Assembly (NCBI GenBank): GCA_003504275.1
Contig: DOAO01000006.1
Coordinates: 66,588-130,587, forward strand
Length of the DNA: 64,000 bases
From: Patescibacteria group bacterium
Lineage (GTDB): Bacteria; Patescibacteriota; Minisyncoccia; Phycocordibacterales; UBA12445
Direction of reading: 5' to 3'
A program made the position numbers and the translations under genes. The notes under the pieces were generated by a model, which saw only the letters and a program-made list of their open reading frames with translations, was not told the DNA's origin and searched no databases. This document shows, piece after piece, positions 28,031 through 36,201 of the stretch; positions within the stretch are counted from its first letter, which is position 1, and each line of letters starts with the position of its first letter.

Positions 28031-28909
28031 TTATTGTAGAGGGATTTTATTTCCCCTCAAGAAGTCTTCCCAACCCATTTCTTTCTTTCCTTCAGGAGTT
28101 ACTTTTTCGGGAATGAATCTGTCGTTCTCTATTTTTGCTTTAGTTATTTTTACGCGCATTTCCTTGTCGCGAATATTTAAAATTGTGAAAGTCCCTGGGT
28201 CTGGATTTAGCGCCCTGACCTTTCTTTCTGCCTCAATAATTTTTTCTCTAGAAACATTATCTGAAGTTATAATTTCAGATTCTATGAAGCCGTCTTTTTT
28301 GTCTATTTTTTTACAGTAGGTAGCCGCCCCGTGGTCTTGTTGTTTGGGTTCTATCTCACCATTTATATAAGAGGGAATAGACTCACAAAGAATTTTTCCT
28401 CCGACTTCGCCGAGTTTTTCTTCTAGTTCACTGTAGGATAAATTTTCTGAATTTATTTTTTCTGTCTTTAAGATTGGCCCATGGTCCATTTCTTCGTCTA
28501 GGAGCATTATCGAAACACCCGTCTCTTTTGCGCCTTCTAATATTGCCGATTGTATTGGGCTAGGACCTCGTAAGTGTGGAAGAAGCGAAGGATGTACATT
28601 AAGGATGCCATATTTTGGAATATTCAATATTCTTTTTGGGACAAGTTTTCCGTATGCGGCTAAAATGAATATTTCATAATCGCCGTCAATTTCAAAATCC
28701 TTTAAACTTTTTGGTTGGAACACCTCAATGCCTCTTTTAACCGCCCATTCTTTAACTGGCGGAGGAGTAAGGACGAGATGCCTTCCTTTTGGCTTATCTG
28801 GCGAAGTTACGATTTTGTCTGGTAGGAAACCACATGCTTCAAGTTGGTCTAAAATAATAACCGCAAAGTGCGGTGTTCCAAAAAAGACGAATTTTGGTTT
28901 AGTGTTCAT
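28031..28909 (-). CDS. fmt: Methionyl-tRNA formyltransferase.
   Basis: FFGTPHFAV at the N-terminus and HPSLLPHLRGPSPIQ. Last gene of the conserved priA-def-fmt operon. Confidence 0.9.
   Translation of the reverse strand: MNTKPKFVFFGTPHFAVIILDQLEACGFLPDKIVTSPDKPKGRHLVLTPPPVKEWAVKRGIEVFQPKSLKDFEIDGDYEIFILAAYGKLVPKRILNIPKYGILNVHPSLLPHLRGPSPIQSAILEGAKETGVSIMLLDEEMDHGPILKTEKINSENLSYSELEEKLGEVGGKILCESIPSYINGEIEPKQQDHGAATYCKKIDKKDGFIESEIITSDNVSREKIIEAERKVRALNPDPGTFTILNIRDKEMRVKITKAKIENDRFIPEKVTPEGKKEMGWEDFLRGNKIPLQ
28047..28118. repeat. Direct repeat B: the fmt 3' coding end, duplicated at 26165..26236.
   Basis: About 72-nt match with 4 mismatches to repeat A. Confidence 0.75.
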
Positions 28910-28912
28910 TTT

Positions 28913-29464
28913 TTATTTATTCTTGCTCTTTTTCTCCGGAACTTCATTTTCTTGTGTGAGCTGATATAGGTCTGTGGCTTTGTCTACAAACAAGATGCCG
29001 TCGAGGTGATCTGTTTCGTGTTGAAATATTTCCGCCAGAAGACCGCTTGCCCCACGTGATATTTTTTTACCGGTTTCGTCAATAGCTTCTATCGTAGCTT
29101 TTTCAGATCTTCGTATTTTTCCAAAAATTCCACGTACGCTGAGACACCCCTCATCTAATCTTACTGTTTTGGTAGAAAGTTTAGTAATTTTAGGATTTAT
29201 AAAAATGAGATGTTTGAATTTCTTTAATTTCTCATCCGTTATTTCTTCGTCTGGGGGTATGAATGCTTTTGGTGATACCATGAATATTCTAAGCGATTTT
29301 CCTATTTGAGGAGCTGCAATAGCCACGCCATCATAACAGGCGTCCATTGCTTTTTTCATGTCGTCTATAATTTTGTTTAATTGTGGAGTTCCTATCTCTT
29401 CTGGGGCGACTTCTCTAGCTTTTTGCCTTAGTACAGGATTATCCAATTGAACGACTTTAACCAT
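28913..29464 (-). CDS. def: Peptide deformylase.
   Basis: GIAAPQIG, EGCLSV and QHETDHLDG (HExxH) motifs. Confidence 0.9.
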   Translation of the reverse strand: MVKVVQLDNPVLRQKAREVAPEEIGTPQLNKIIDDMKKAMDACYDGVAIAAPQIGKSLRIFMVSPKAFIPPDEEITDEKLKKFKHLIFINPKITKLSTKTVRLDEGCLSVRGIFGKIRRSEKATIEAIDETGKKISRGASGLLAEIFQHETDHLDGILFVDKATDLYQLTQENEVPEKKSKNK

Positions 29465-29496
29465 GTGGTTTATGATACTGAATTACCGATTATGTG

Positions 29497-31443
29497 TCAA
29501 AGAATACTTTCGGCATCTACTTTGACGGCAAAGCGGGGAGGCAATATTTTTAATATTTCAGGTAGAGACATTTTTTCAGGATCTTCACTGCCAGATGATT
29601 TTTCCGGCCAATTTACGGGATTAACTTTGATTAGGAGGTTCATTCTCGCTTTTCCTCCCGGAAGATTACTGGAGGATCGGAATTTTTCCGGATTCCATTT
29701 TTTTAGGAATATCGCAAGTTCATCAAATTCTTTTGTAACCACTTCTTCTTTTCCTTCGCCGGTTATCTTGATAAAAAGCCTGAAGGGCGGATAATTGAAA
29801 TTTTTTCGGAGTAGTATTTCCTCTTTGTAGAACTGAAGAGCATCACCCCTTACGATTTTTTCAAAGATCGGATTATCCGCACATCTAGTTTGAATAATAA
29901 AATTATTTTCCGCCATTAATTTTGCGCTTACTAGAAAGTTGAATACTCTTTCATTTATTTTGAAATCAGGCACAAAGAATAAACTGTCGGTGGATACTAT
30001 TGCGATATTTTCTATGGGTTTAGTTAAATAAAACAGTGCCATCTCTGTCCCAATCATCACAGAACCCTTATTCTCCTCGAAGCTAGTCATCATTTCTTTG
30101 CTTTGCCTGTGGGTTTTTACCGACTCCCCATCCATTCTTAAAATATTTGCATCTGGGAAATTATCTCTTAATTCATCTTCTACTCGTTCTGTGCCGAATC
30201 CGACCGGTCTTAGATTCCAGCTTCGGCATTTATTGCAAAGTACATTTGTATTTTGGCCTGTTCCGCATTTGTGACAGAAAAATACATTTGAACTGTCTCT
30301 TCGATGTAGAGTTGTTGTACTTCCACAATTTTTGCAGGATACGATTGTTTTACAGTCTCCACAGATAGTAGCGCTAGAAAGACCTTTTTTGGTGGTTAAT
30401 AGAAGAGTATTCTTTTTTGCTTCAATAGAGTTCCTTACAACATCTAGTAAATCTTCGGATATAGCTTTAGTGTCAAAATTATTTTTGTCTTTCTTTGTAT
30501 CTAATATTTTTGGTATCACTCTACTTATCAGGCGGTATTTAAAAAGTAAGGACGGGGAGTATTCATCTATTTCTTTTTTGTGCAGGGTTTCAAGACGAAG
30601 CACGGTGTCTCCTAAAATTAATCTAAGGGACAATTTTTTGGCTAACTTTTCTATAAATAATCTTGAGTCTATAAAAGGTCGAGAGAGAGTCTTGTGTGCA
30701 TTAGAGCTTTCTTTTTCTATAATAACTGTTTCAAAGCTATCGTCTAAAAAACACGAGAATATCGGCGTAGCAATAATGAGGAGTGGGTGAGATTTATCTC
30801 TGGCTGTCTGCCTTGCGTTCACTAATTTCTTCGGAGAGTCTTCGGGTCTTAATAGTAAGGTGTAATCTTCTATCCCTTTTTTAAGATTGTCCGCAAAAAC
30901 ATTTACTTCGTGCGTGGTCGGTAGACACAGGAAGACTGAAGACTTTCTGGCAAAATTTTCCCTTATAAGACTTTTATAAAAAGCGATTCTGTCTTCTATT
31001 GGAGCTTGGACGAGTTCCACGATATGTTTTTTTTCTTCGGCAATTTCTTTGACCGCAGTATCTTTTGCCTTTATTTTTACCTTTTGTATATTTTTCTCGT
31101 ATCCTTTAAAAAGATTGTTTGGTACATAGCAACTTATAACTTGGCCCAGATTAGTGCCAAAATAATCAGCCATCTCTTCAGCTGTCTCCATAAATTCTTT
31201 TGAAAAGAATTTTTCATCTCCGGCCTTGTCTATTTTTTTAAGCTCAAAGTCTGATCTTTTTATTTCTGTCTTTGCGTCTTTGATCGATCTTGTAGAAATA
31301 AGTATTGCGGGTATCCTTCTTTTCCTTATAGGCACAAAAACAAGCGAACCTGGTTCGATATCTTTCATTGTGAAATAGGAGAGTGATTCTTTGAAGATGG
31401 AATCTCCTATTGGTATAACTGTCGCCATTTTTATTTCGGCCAT
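29497..31443 (-). CDS. priA: Primosomal protein N' (PriA)-like. The Cys4-Cys4 zinc-binding region and C-terminus are conserved, but no recognisable Walker A motif is present.
   Basis: CGDCKTIVSCKNCGSTTTLH...FFCHKCG...CNKCRSW...GFGTERVEDEL. The GSGKT motif is absent. Sits in the priA-def-fmt operon context. Confidence 0.65.
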   Translation of the reverse strand: MAEIKMATVIPIGDSIFKESLSYFTMKDIEPGSLVFVPIRKRRIPAILISTRSIKDAKTEIKRSDFELKKIDKAGDEKFFSKEFMETAEEMADYFGTNLGQVISCYVPNNLFKGYEKNIQKVKIKAKDTAVKEIAEEKKHIVELVQAPIEDRIAFYKSLIRENFARKSSVFLCLPTTHEVNVFADNLKKGIEDYTLLLRPEDSPKKLVNARQTARDKSHPLLIIATPIFSCFLDDSFETVIIEKESSNAHKTLSRPFIDSRLFIEKLAKKLSLRLILGDTVLRLETLHKKEIDEYSPSLLFKYRLISRVIPKILDTKKDKNNFDTKAISEDLLDVVRNSIEAKKNTLLLTTKKGLSSATICGDCKTIVSCKNCGSTTTLHRRDSSNVFFCHKCGTGQNTNVLCNKCRSWNLRPVGFGTERVEDELRDNFPDANILRMDGESVKTHRQSKEMMTSFEENKGSVMIGTEMALFYLTKPIENIAIVSTDSLFFVPDFKINERVFNFLVSAKLMAENNFIIQTRCADNPIFEKIVRGDALQFYKEEILLRKNFNYPPFRLFIKITGEGKEEVVTKEFDELAIFLKKWNPEKFRSSSNLPGGKARMNLLIKVNPVNWPEKSSGSEDPEKMSLPEILKILPPRFAVKVDAESIL

Positions 31444-31516
31444 GCCCCTATTCTGTCAAAAAGGAACACAAGGGACACTATTGACCTGGTTAGATTTAAT
31501 ATGTTACTTTCTGTTG

Positions 31517-32755
31517 ATGGTAAGTCTTTCTAAGTCCAAAAAAGATAATAAAGAAAAGCCCCCAAAGAGGGTTTTTGTCGGAATGTCCGGAGGAGTAGAT
31601 TCTTCTGTGTCCGCAGCTCTTTTAAAAGAGGCTGGTTTCGAAGTGATAGGCGTTTTTATTAAAGTTTGGTCTCCTGACTGGCTTCCATGTGATTGGCGAG
31701 AAGAGAGACGTGATGCTATGAGATGTGCAGCTATACTTGAAATACCCCTACTTACTTTAAATTTAGAAAAAGAATACAAAGAGGAGGTTGTGGATTATAT
31801 GATTCGCGAATACAAGGCGGGTCGTGTTCCAAACCCGGATGTTATGTGTAATCGAACTGTTAAGTTTGGCGGTTTTTTTAAAGAAGCGATGAATATGGGA
31901 GCTGATTTTGTGGCGACCGGTCATTATGCGAGAACAAGGGGGGTTGATGGTAAAAGTATTGATAGTGCATCCTCCTTATCGTCATCCGCCCGGATGAATG
32001 CGTTCATCCATTCGGACGGGTTGCGAGGGCGAGGCGTCCTAGCCGAAGACCGTGGCAATCAAATTAAAAATTCAAAAGTTAAATACAATTTACTTGCAGG
32101 GGTTGATGGTAACAAAGACCAGTCATATTTCTTATGGACACTCAAGCAGGAGCAATTATCAAAAACACTATTTCCTGTCGGTCATTTTAAAAAAGAAGAA
32201 GTGAGAGTCGTTGCGGAGAAATTCGGACTTCCGACAGCAACAAAGAAAGATAGTCAGGGATTATGCTTCTTGGGAAAGATAGATGTTAAAGACTTTTTGA
32301 AAAGATATATAAATGTTAAAAGCGGGAAAGTTCTTAATGAAAAAGGGGAAACAGTAGGAGTGCATGACGGTGCCGTGCTATATGCGATAGGAGAGAGACA
32401 CGGTTTTTCTATTGAGAACAAAAAACCAGATGACGCACCTTATTATATTGTGGGTAAGGATATTAAGAAAAATACTTTAGTTGTTTCTAATAATAAGAGT
32501 TTTGGAAAGTCGGCTCAAAAAGAAATAGAAATAGGGGATTTGAATTGGATCAAAGGTGTCTCCCCTCTTAAAAATAAAAAATATTCAGCCAGGATCAGAT
32601 ATAGAGAAGAACTCAAGAATTGTAAAATAAAAAATATATCGCCTAAAAAGGCAACTATTGTTTTTGATGAACCAGAAGAATCCGTCTCGTTCGGGCAATC
32701 TCTCGTCCTTTATGACGGAGATGTGTGTCTCGGCGGGGGCGTAATAAATAAATAG
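31517..32755 (+). CDS. mnmA: tRNA 2-thiouridylase MnmA carrying a ~45-aa in-frame insertion. The ORF-track start 31391 overlaps priA and is probably an extension.
   Basis: PP-loop VFVGMSGGVDSS. ATGHYAR, DGKS, then extra residues before the conserved NKDQSYFLW. Confidence 0.85.
   Translation: MVSLSKSKKDNKEKPPKRVFVGMSGGVDSSVSAALLKEAGFEVIGVFIKVWSPDWLPCDWREERRDAMRCAAILEIPLLTLNLEKEYKEEVVDYMIREYKAGRVPNPDVMCNRTVKFGGFFKEAMNMGADFVATGHYARTRGVDGKSIDSASSLSSSARMNAFIHSDGLRGRGVLAEDRGNQIKNSKVKYNLLAGVDGNKDQSYFLWTLKQEQLSKTLFPVGHFKKEEVRVVAEKFGLPTATKKDSQGLCFLGKIDVKDFLKRYINVKSGKVLNEKGETVGVHDGAVLYAIGERHGFSIENKKPDDAPYYIVGKDIKKNTLVVSNNKSFGKSAQKEIEIGDLNWIKGVSPLKNKKYSARIRYREELKNCKIKNISPKKATIVFDEPEESVSFGQSLVLYDGDVCLGGGVINK
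31975..32060. repeat. GC-rich family B-related element fragment inserted in frame within mnmA.
   Basis: GCGAGGGCGAGGCGTCCTAGCCGAAGACCGTGGCAATC shares GAGGCGTCCTAGCCGA and GTGGCAATC with the element at 42503..42614. It shares GCGAGGGCGAGGCGTC, in reverse complement, with 41289..41382. It contains a GGATGAATGCGTTCATCC hairpin. Confidence 0.6.
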
Positions 32756-32789
32756 GTAATAAAAAATCCGGCGAAAAGCCGGATTTATC

Positions 32790-33044
32790 CTAAAATTTAA
32801 TAGGATAATTATTTCTTAACCAATAAAGGCCTTCCTGAGTGGAAAGCTCAAAGTAGTCTACTTTTAGGTGTGTTAAGAGAAAATCCATTTCTTTTTTCAT
32901 GTTTTTGTCCATAGGTAAGTCGCTAAAATATCTCTCGACAAAACTCCCTATACTTAATATTTCCGAAACACTACCTTTAAGGAAAAATCTTTTGATATCG
33001 TTATCAAAATTTTCTGCCAGTTGTCTATATCCTTTAATAATCAC
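32790..33044 (-). CDS. Hypothetical small protein.
   Basis: 84-aa ORF with no motif. Confidence 0.35.
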   Translation of the reverse strand: MIIKGYRQLAENFDNDIKRFFLKGSVSEILSIGSFVERYFSDLPMDKNMKKEMDFLLTHLKVDYFELSTQEGLYWLRNNYPIKF

Positions 33045-33229
33045 TTAAAACACCTCCCCGTCACTTAATTTCAGTTAAATGGTAATTTTAAAGAACTTAA
33101 GATGTTTCCATATTTATAATAATCAAAAATCGATATAATACAAATGTTTTTCATGAATATTCAGTGCAGGTAACCAAGGCGGTTGATTTTAAAAAAGTTT
33201 TTAGTTAATATAGAAAAACAAATTTAAGA

Positions 33230-33307
33230 GGGCCGTTAGCTCACTTGTCCCGATATTTTGTAAAAATATCGAGGATCCTCGACCCGAGGGGTCGGGAGTA
33301 GAGCATT
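33230..33307 (+). pseudogene. Partial 5' duplicate of tRNA-Ala (positions 1-18, a 50-nt palindromic insert, then GTAGAGC).
   Basis: GGGCCGTTAGCTCACTTG is identical to the 5' end of the complete tRNA at 33350. The insert TCCCGATATTTTGTAAAAATATCGAGGATCCTCGACCCGAGGGGTCGGGA forms two hairpins. Confidence 0.6.
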
Positions 33308-33349
33308 GTAGTGGTGGAAGTGATAGTATCATTTATATTGATATATATT

Positions 33350-33422
33350 GGGCCGTTAGCTCACTTGGTAGAGCGCATCCATGGCATGGATGAGGTAGCA
33401 GGTTCGATCCCTGTACGGTCCA
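33350..33422 (+). tRNA. tRNA-Ala (anticodon GGC).
   Basis: Cloverleaf inferred by hand. Acceptor GGGCCGT/ACGGTCC with G3:U70, D-stem GCTC/GAGC, anticodon stem CATCC/GGATG with loop AUGGCAU, T-arm GCAGGTTCGATCCCTGT, discriminator A. CCA is not encoded. Confidence 0.8.
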
Positions 33423-33436
33423 CTGGTAAAAATATT

Positions 33437-33464
33437 AGCGCCCTAAAAGGCGCTTTTATTTTTT
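33437..33464 (+). terminator. Rho-independent terminator after the tRNA.
   Basis: AGCGCCCTAAAAGGCGCT hairpin followed by TTTATTTTTT. Confidence 0.7.
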
Positions 33465-33690
33465 CAGTGGACCGTAAGCAAAGCATTTTAAATGCTTTGC
33501 GTCAGGGATCGAAAAGCTTTTGAGCATTTTTTGGAGTGCTTTTGCACGAATAAAAAATCCAAAAGGTATACTGCCGCCGTAGGCGGAGATCCCTAAGATC
33601 GAAAGCCGGAAGCGGGACCCATTCTGTAAGAATGGGAGCTGAGGCGGGGTCGCGCAAAATTTTCGAAGAAAATTTATGCGTGACCGATCC
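33463..33690. repeat. Inverted fragment of the tRNA-Ala 3' end (with a hairpin insert), followed by a family A GC-rich repeat unit at about 33597-33690.
   Basis: AGTGGACCGTAAG[hairpin]CGTCAGGGATCGAA is the reverse complement of TTCGATCCCTG...ACGGTCCAC. The unit ATCGAAAGCCGGAAGCGGGACCCATTCTGTAAGAATGGGAGCTGAGGCGGGGTCGCG...GTGACCGATCC is repeated in reverse orientation in the 51226-51770 array. Confidence 0.65.
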
Positions 33691-33860
33691 CCATATGCCT
33701 CCACAAAATAATAGAACAACCGCACGGGGGTTGACCCCGTAGTAGAATTTTGGCTCAAAAAATATTTACAATATTTTTTATGATTACGGGGTAATCAAGC
33801 CGAAATTTCACTACGGGGTTGACTCATAAAAGGCTTTTTGTTAGTATGTCCTTCATGTTA

Positions 33861-34190
33861 ATGATTAGATTACAGCGAGTTGGCAAGAAGCACGATCCAT
33901 CTTTTCGTGTACTTTTGACTGATTCCAAAAACAGCACAAAGAGCGGTAAGTTTATTGAAGTACTTGGTCACTATGATGCTAGAGGCGGAAAGGCTGAGCT
34001 TAAGAAAGATAGGATAAAGCACTGGCTCTCTGTTGGCGCAAAGACATCTATAACACTTCACAATATATTAAAAAACAACAAAGTAGTTGAGGGCAAGAAA
34101 ATCAACGCTTTACCTAAGAAGAAGAAAGGTAAGGAAGAAGCAGCTAAACCAGTTGCAGCCGCAACTCCAGCCCCAGCACCTGCAGTATAA
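33861..34190 (+). CDS. rpsP: 30S ribosomal protein S16 with a Lys/Ala/Pro-rich C-terminal tail. The ORF-track start 33819 is probably an extension.
   Basis: MIRLQRVGKKHDPSFRVLLTDSKNS...GKFIEVLGHYD. Confidence 0.85.
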   Translation: MIRLQRVGKKHDPSFRVLLTDSKNSTKSGKFIEVLGHYDARGGKAELKKDRIKHWLSVGAKTSITLHNILKNNKVVEGKKINALPKKKKGKEEAAKPVAAATPAPAPAV

Positions 34191-34205
34191 AATATTAAAC
34201 ATAAG

Positions 34206-34235
34206 AATCCCTGATTAAAATCGGGGATTTTTTGT
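34206..34235 (+). terminator. Rho-independent terminator (imperfect stem).
   Basis: ATCCCTGATTAAAATCGGGGAT followed by TTTTTTG. Confidence 0.5.
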
Positions 34236-34405
34236 ATTTCACCATACACAAATAACTTAGCGACCACTAAGTTATTTGTGTATGGGAGTGGCAGAATATT
34301 TTTCCACAATCACCTAAGTTGCTAGTTTTATCTTGTTTGTGCTATAAATATATCCAGCAGTACGAGGTCGAATGACTGCATTTTACAAAAGATTAGAATT
34401 GCAAA

Positions 34406-34741
34406 ATGGAAAAAGATCAGGAATTTCTAGAATTGGTTGCAAAGTCTTTAGTTGATAATCCTCAGGATATCAAAGTAAAGAGAGTTGTAGACGAGATGGG
34501 AGTCCTCCTTACGCTCGATGTAAATCCAGCGGATATGGGAAAGATCATTGGACGAAGCGGTAATACCGCAAAGGCCATGCGAACTCTTCTTCGTGTTGTA
34601 GGAATGAAGCACAACGCAAGAGTTAATCTCAAGATTAACGAACCAGAGGGAAGCACAAGACCAATGAGTCCTATGAGCTCTATGAGCCCACAGTCAGCTT
34701 CTAAGACAGTTGACGAGGCTATGCAGGATCTCAAGCTCTAA
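34406..34741 (+). CDS. KH-domain RNA-binding protein (YlqC/UPF0109-like), the typical neighbour of rpsP.
   Basis: GKIIGRSGNTAKAMRTLLRV KH motif. S/P/M-rich C-terminal tail. Confidence 0.75.
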   Translation: MEKDQEFLELVAKSLVDNPQDIKVKRVVDEMGVLLTLDVNPADMGKIIGRSGNTAKAMRTLLRVVGMKHNARVNLKINEPEGSTRPMSPMSSMSPQSASKTVDEAMQDLKL

Positions 34742-34759
34742 ATTTAATTTAGAATAAAA

Positions 34760-34796
34760 ACAGCTCCGAGTAATATCGGGGCTGTTTTGCTTTTCG
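34760..34796 (+). terminator. Rho-independent terminator.
   Basis: ACAGCTCCGAGTAATATCGGGGCTGT followed by TTTGCTTTT. Confidence 0.6.
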
Positions 34797-34863
34797 AAAG
34801 TTTTGTGATTGAATGAGGCGGAAATAGGTAATTAGTACCTTGAAAATAAAAGGAGGGGTTTGT

Positions 34864-36114
34864 ATGGGAAAGATCAAACAAACAGTCAGACAGGACGGTC
34901 TTCGTATAATTACAAAAAAATTGACCTATACTCAAAAAGTAATGTTCTCCGTTACTTCTCTTATGGGTAGCGCTAATGATTCAGAAGAAAGTTTAGGACT
35001 AGCCCATTATTTTGAGCATATGGTTTTTCAGGGGACAAAGAATCGGGACAAAGATGAACTCGAACGTCTACTCGCTCTTTATTGCATAACACACAATGCT
35101 GATACCTCACACCTTCGTACTCGCTATTATGGTGAGTCCGCTAAGATCAATTACAAAAAGATGGTTGAGGTCATTCTGGATATGTATTGTAATCCAATTT
35201 TTCCGGAAGATAGAATCGAGAATGAAAGAGGCGTTATTAATAATGAGATTATTATGAGACACAGTAGTGATGATATTACCGTTTCAGAAAATATCATCAC
35301 AGCTCTTTATGGCGACAAGAGTCTTGCCGGAAGAGGTGTCATCGGTTCGAAAGAAACTATTGCCACTGTAAACCGCGAAGTTCTTCTTAAGATGCATAAA
35401 GAATATTATTCCCCGGCAAATTCTGTAATTGTTGTGACGGGGGATGTGTCTCATTCCGAAGTCGTTAAGATGGTCAACCGCTTTTTTCCAAGAATTGTCG
35501 GTAATTACAAGAGTCAAAAGATTGAATGGAATAATGATTCCTGCTCATTGCCCAGCTCTCAAATTATTCAAGAGGAGAGGCCCGGCAGAGAATGTGCTCT
35601 TTTGTGTCTTGGTGTGAAGTTGAAAAATTTTGATTTCAAAGAAAGGGTAATACTAAGTATTCTTGTAAAATATTTCAGGAAGATAGTTTTCGATGAACTT
35701 CGCCAAAAGAGAGGGCTTGTCTATACGGCTGGTGCATATCTAAATAGCGAAAGACCTTTGTATAATACCTTTTGCCTTTACGCAGAGACAGCCGTCGCTA
35801 ATTTAGACGAGATTAAGAAATTAATGACGGAGATAATTCTCAATAAAGTGTGTCTTGAAAAATATATCGAAGATATTAAACAGAGAATATTGGCTGAGTC
35901 CTCAGTATCTCTTGAGACCACGGGGGATTGGAATAGGGCAATTCTCGGTCGAGTTGTATTGGGAGAAGATGATGTTTCCTCCTTGGACAATTATTTTAAG
36001 AATATTTCAGAGGCTCTTAACAGTATCGATCTTGGTATGGTCGAGCGAATTTTCTACGAAAATTTGAACCATAAAGACAACCTCGCATTTTCTATAGTCA
36101 CAAATAAAATATAA
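34864..36114 (+). CDS. M16-family (pitrilysin/insulinase-like) zinc peptidase.
   Basis: Inverted zinc motif HYFEHMVFQGT (HxxEH). A ribosome-binding site AAAGGAGGGG lies just upstream of the ATG at 34864. Confidence 0.75.
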   Translation: MGKIKQTVRQDGLRIITKKLTYTQKVMFSVTSLMGSANDSEESLGLAHYFEHMVFQGTKNRDKDELERLLALYCITHNADTSHLRTRYYGESAKINYKKMVEVILDMYCNPIFPEDRIENERGVINNEIIMRHSSDDITVSENIITALYGDKSLAGRGVIGSKETIATVNREVLLKMHKEYYSPANSVIVVTGDVSHSEVVKMVNRFFPRIVGNYKSQKIEWNNDSCSLPSSQIIQEERPGRECALLCLGVKLKNFDFKERVILSILVKYFRKIVFDELRQKRGLVYTAGAYLNSERPLYNTFCLYAETAVANLDEIKKLMTEIILNKVCLEKYIEDIKQRILAESSVSLETTGDWNRAILGRVVLGEDDVSSLDNYFKNISEALNSIDLGMVERIFYENLNHKDNLAFSIVTNKI

Positions 36115-36127
36115 TAGTTATTTATTT

Positions 36128-36157
36128 ATCCGCTCCAATATTGGAGCGGATTTTTTA
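36128..36157 (+). terminator. Rho-independent terminator.
   Basis: ATCCGCTCCAATATTGGAGCGGAT followed by TTTTTT. Confidence 0.7.
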
Positions 36158-36158
36158 T

Positions 36159-36188
36159 AAAAAAAACCTTAAGTGTAAACACTTAAGG
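36159..36188 (-). terminator. Rho-independent terminator for the convergent minus-strand gene.
   Basis: CCTTAAGTGTAAACACTTAAGG, preceded on the plus strand by an A8 run, which is a T8 run on the minus strand. Confidence 0.6.
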
Positions 36189-36201
36189 TCAAGGCTTCTT
36201 T

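Noticed and set aside
31391-31516. N-terminal extension of the mnmA ORF.
   Set aside because: It overlaps the divergently transcribed priA start, and the conserved MnmA sequence begins near the Met at 31517.
33597-33690. Possible hammerhead-like ribozyme core (CTGAGG ... CGAAAGCC) in the family A unit.
   Set aside because: The conserved CUGANGA core requires an A at the seventh position. The sequence CTGAGGC has a C there, so it does not fit a hammerhead.
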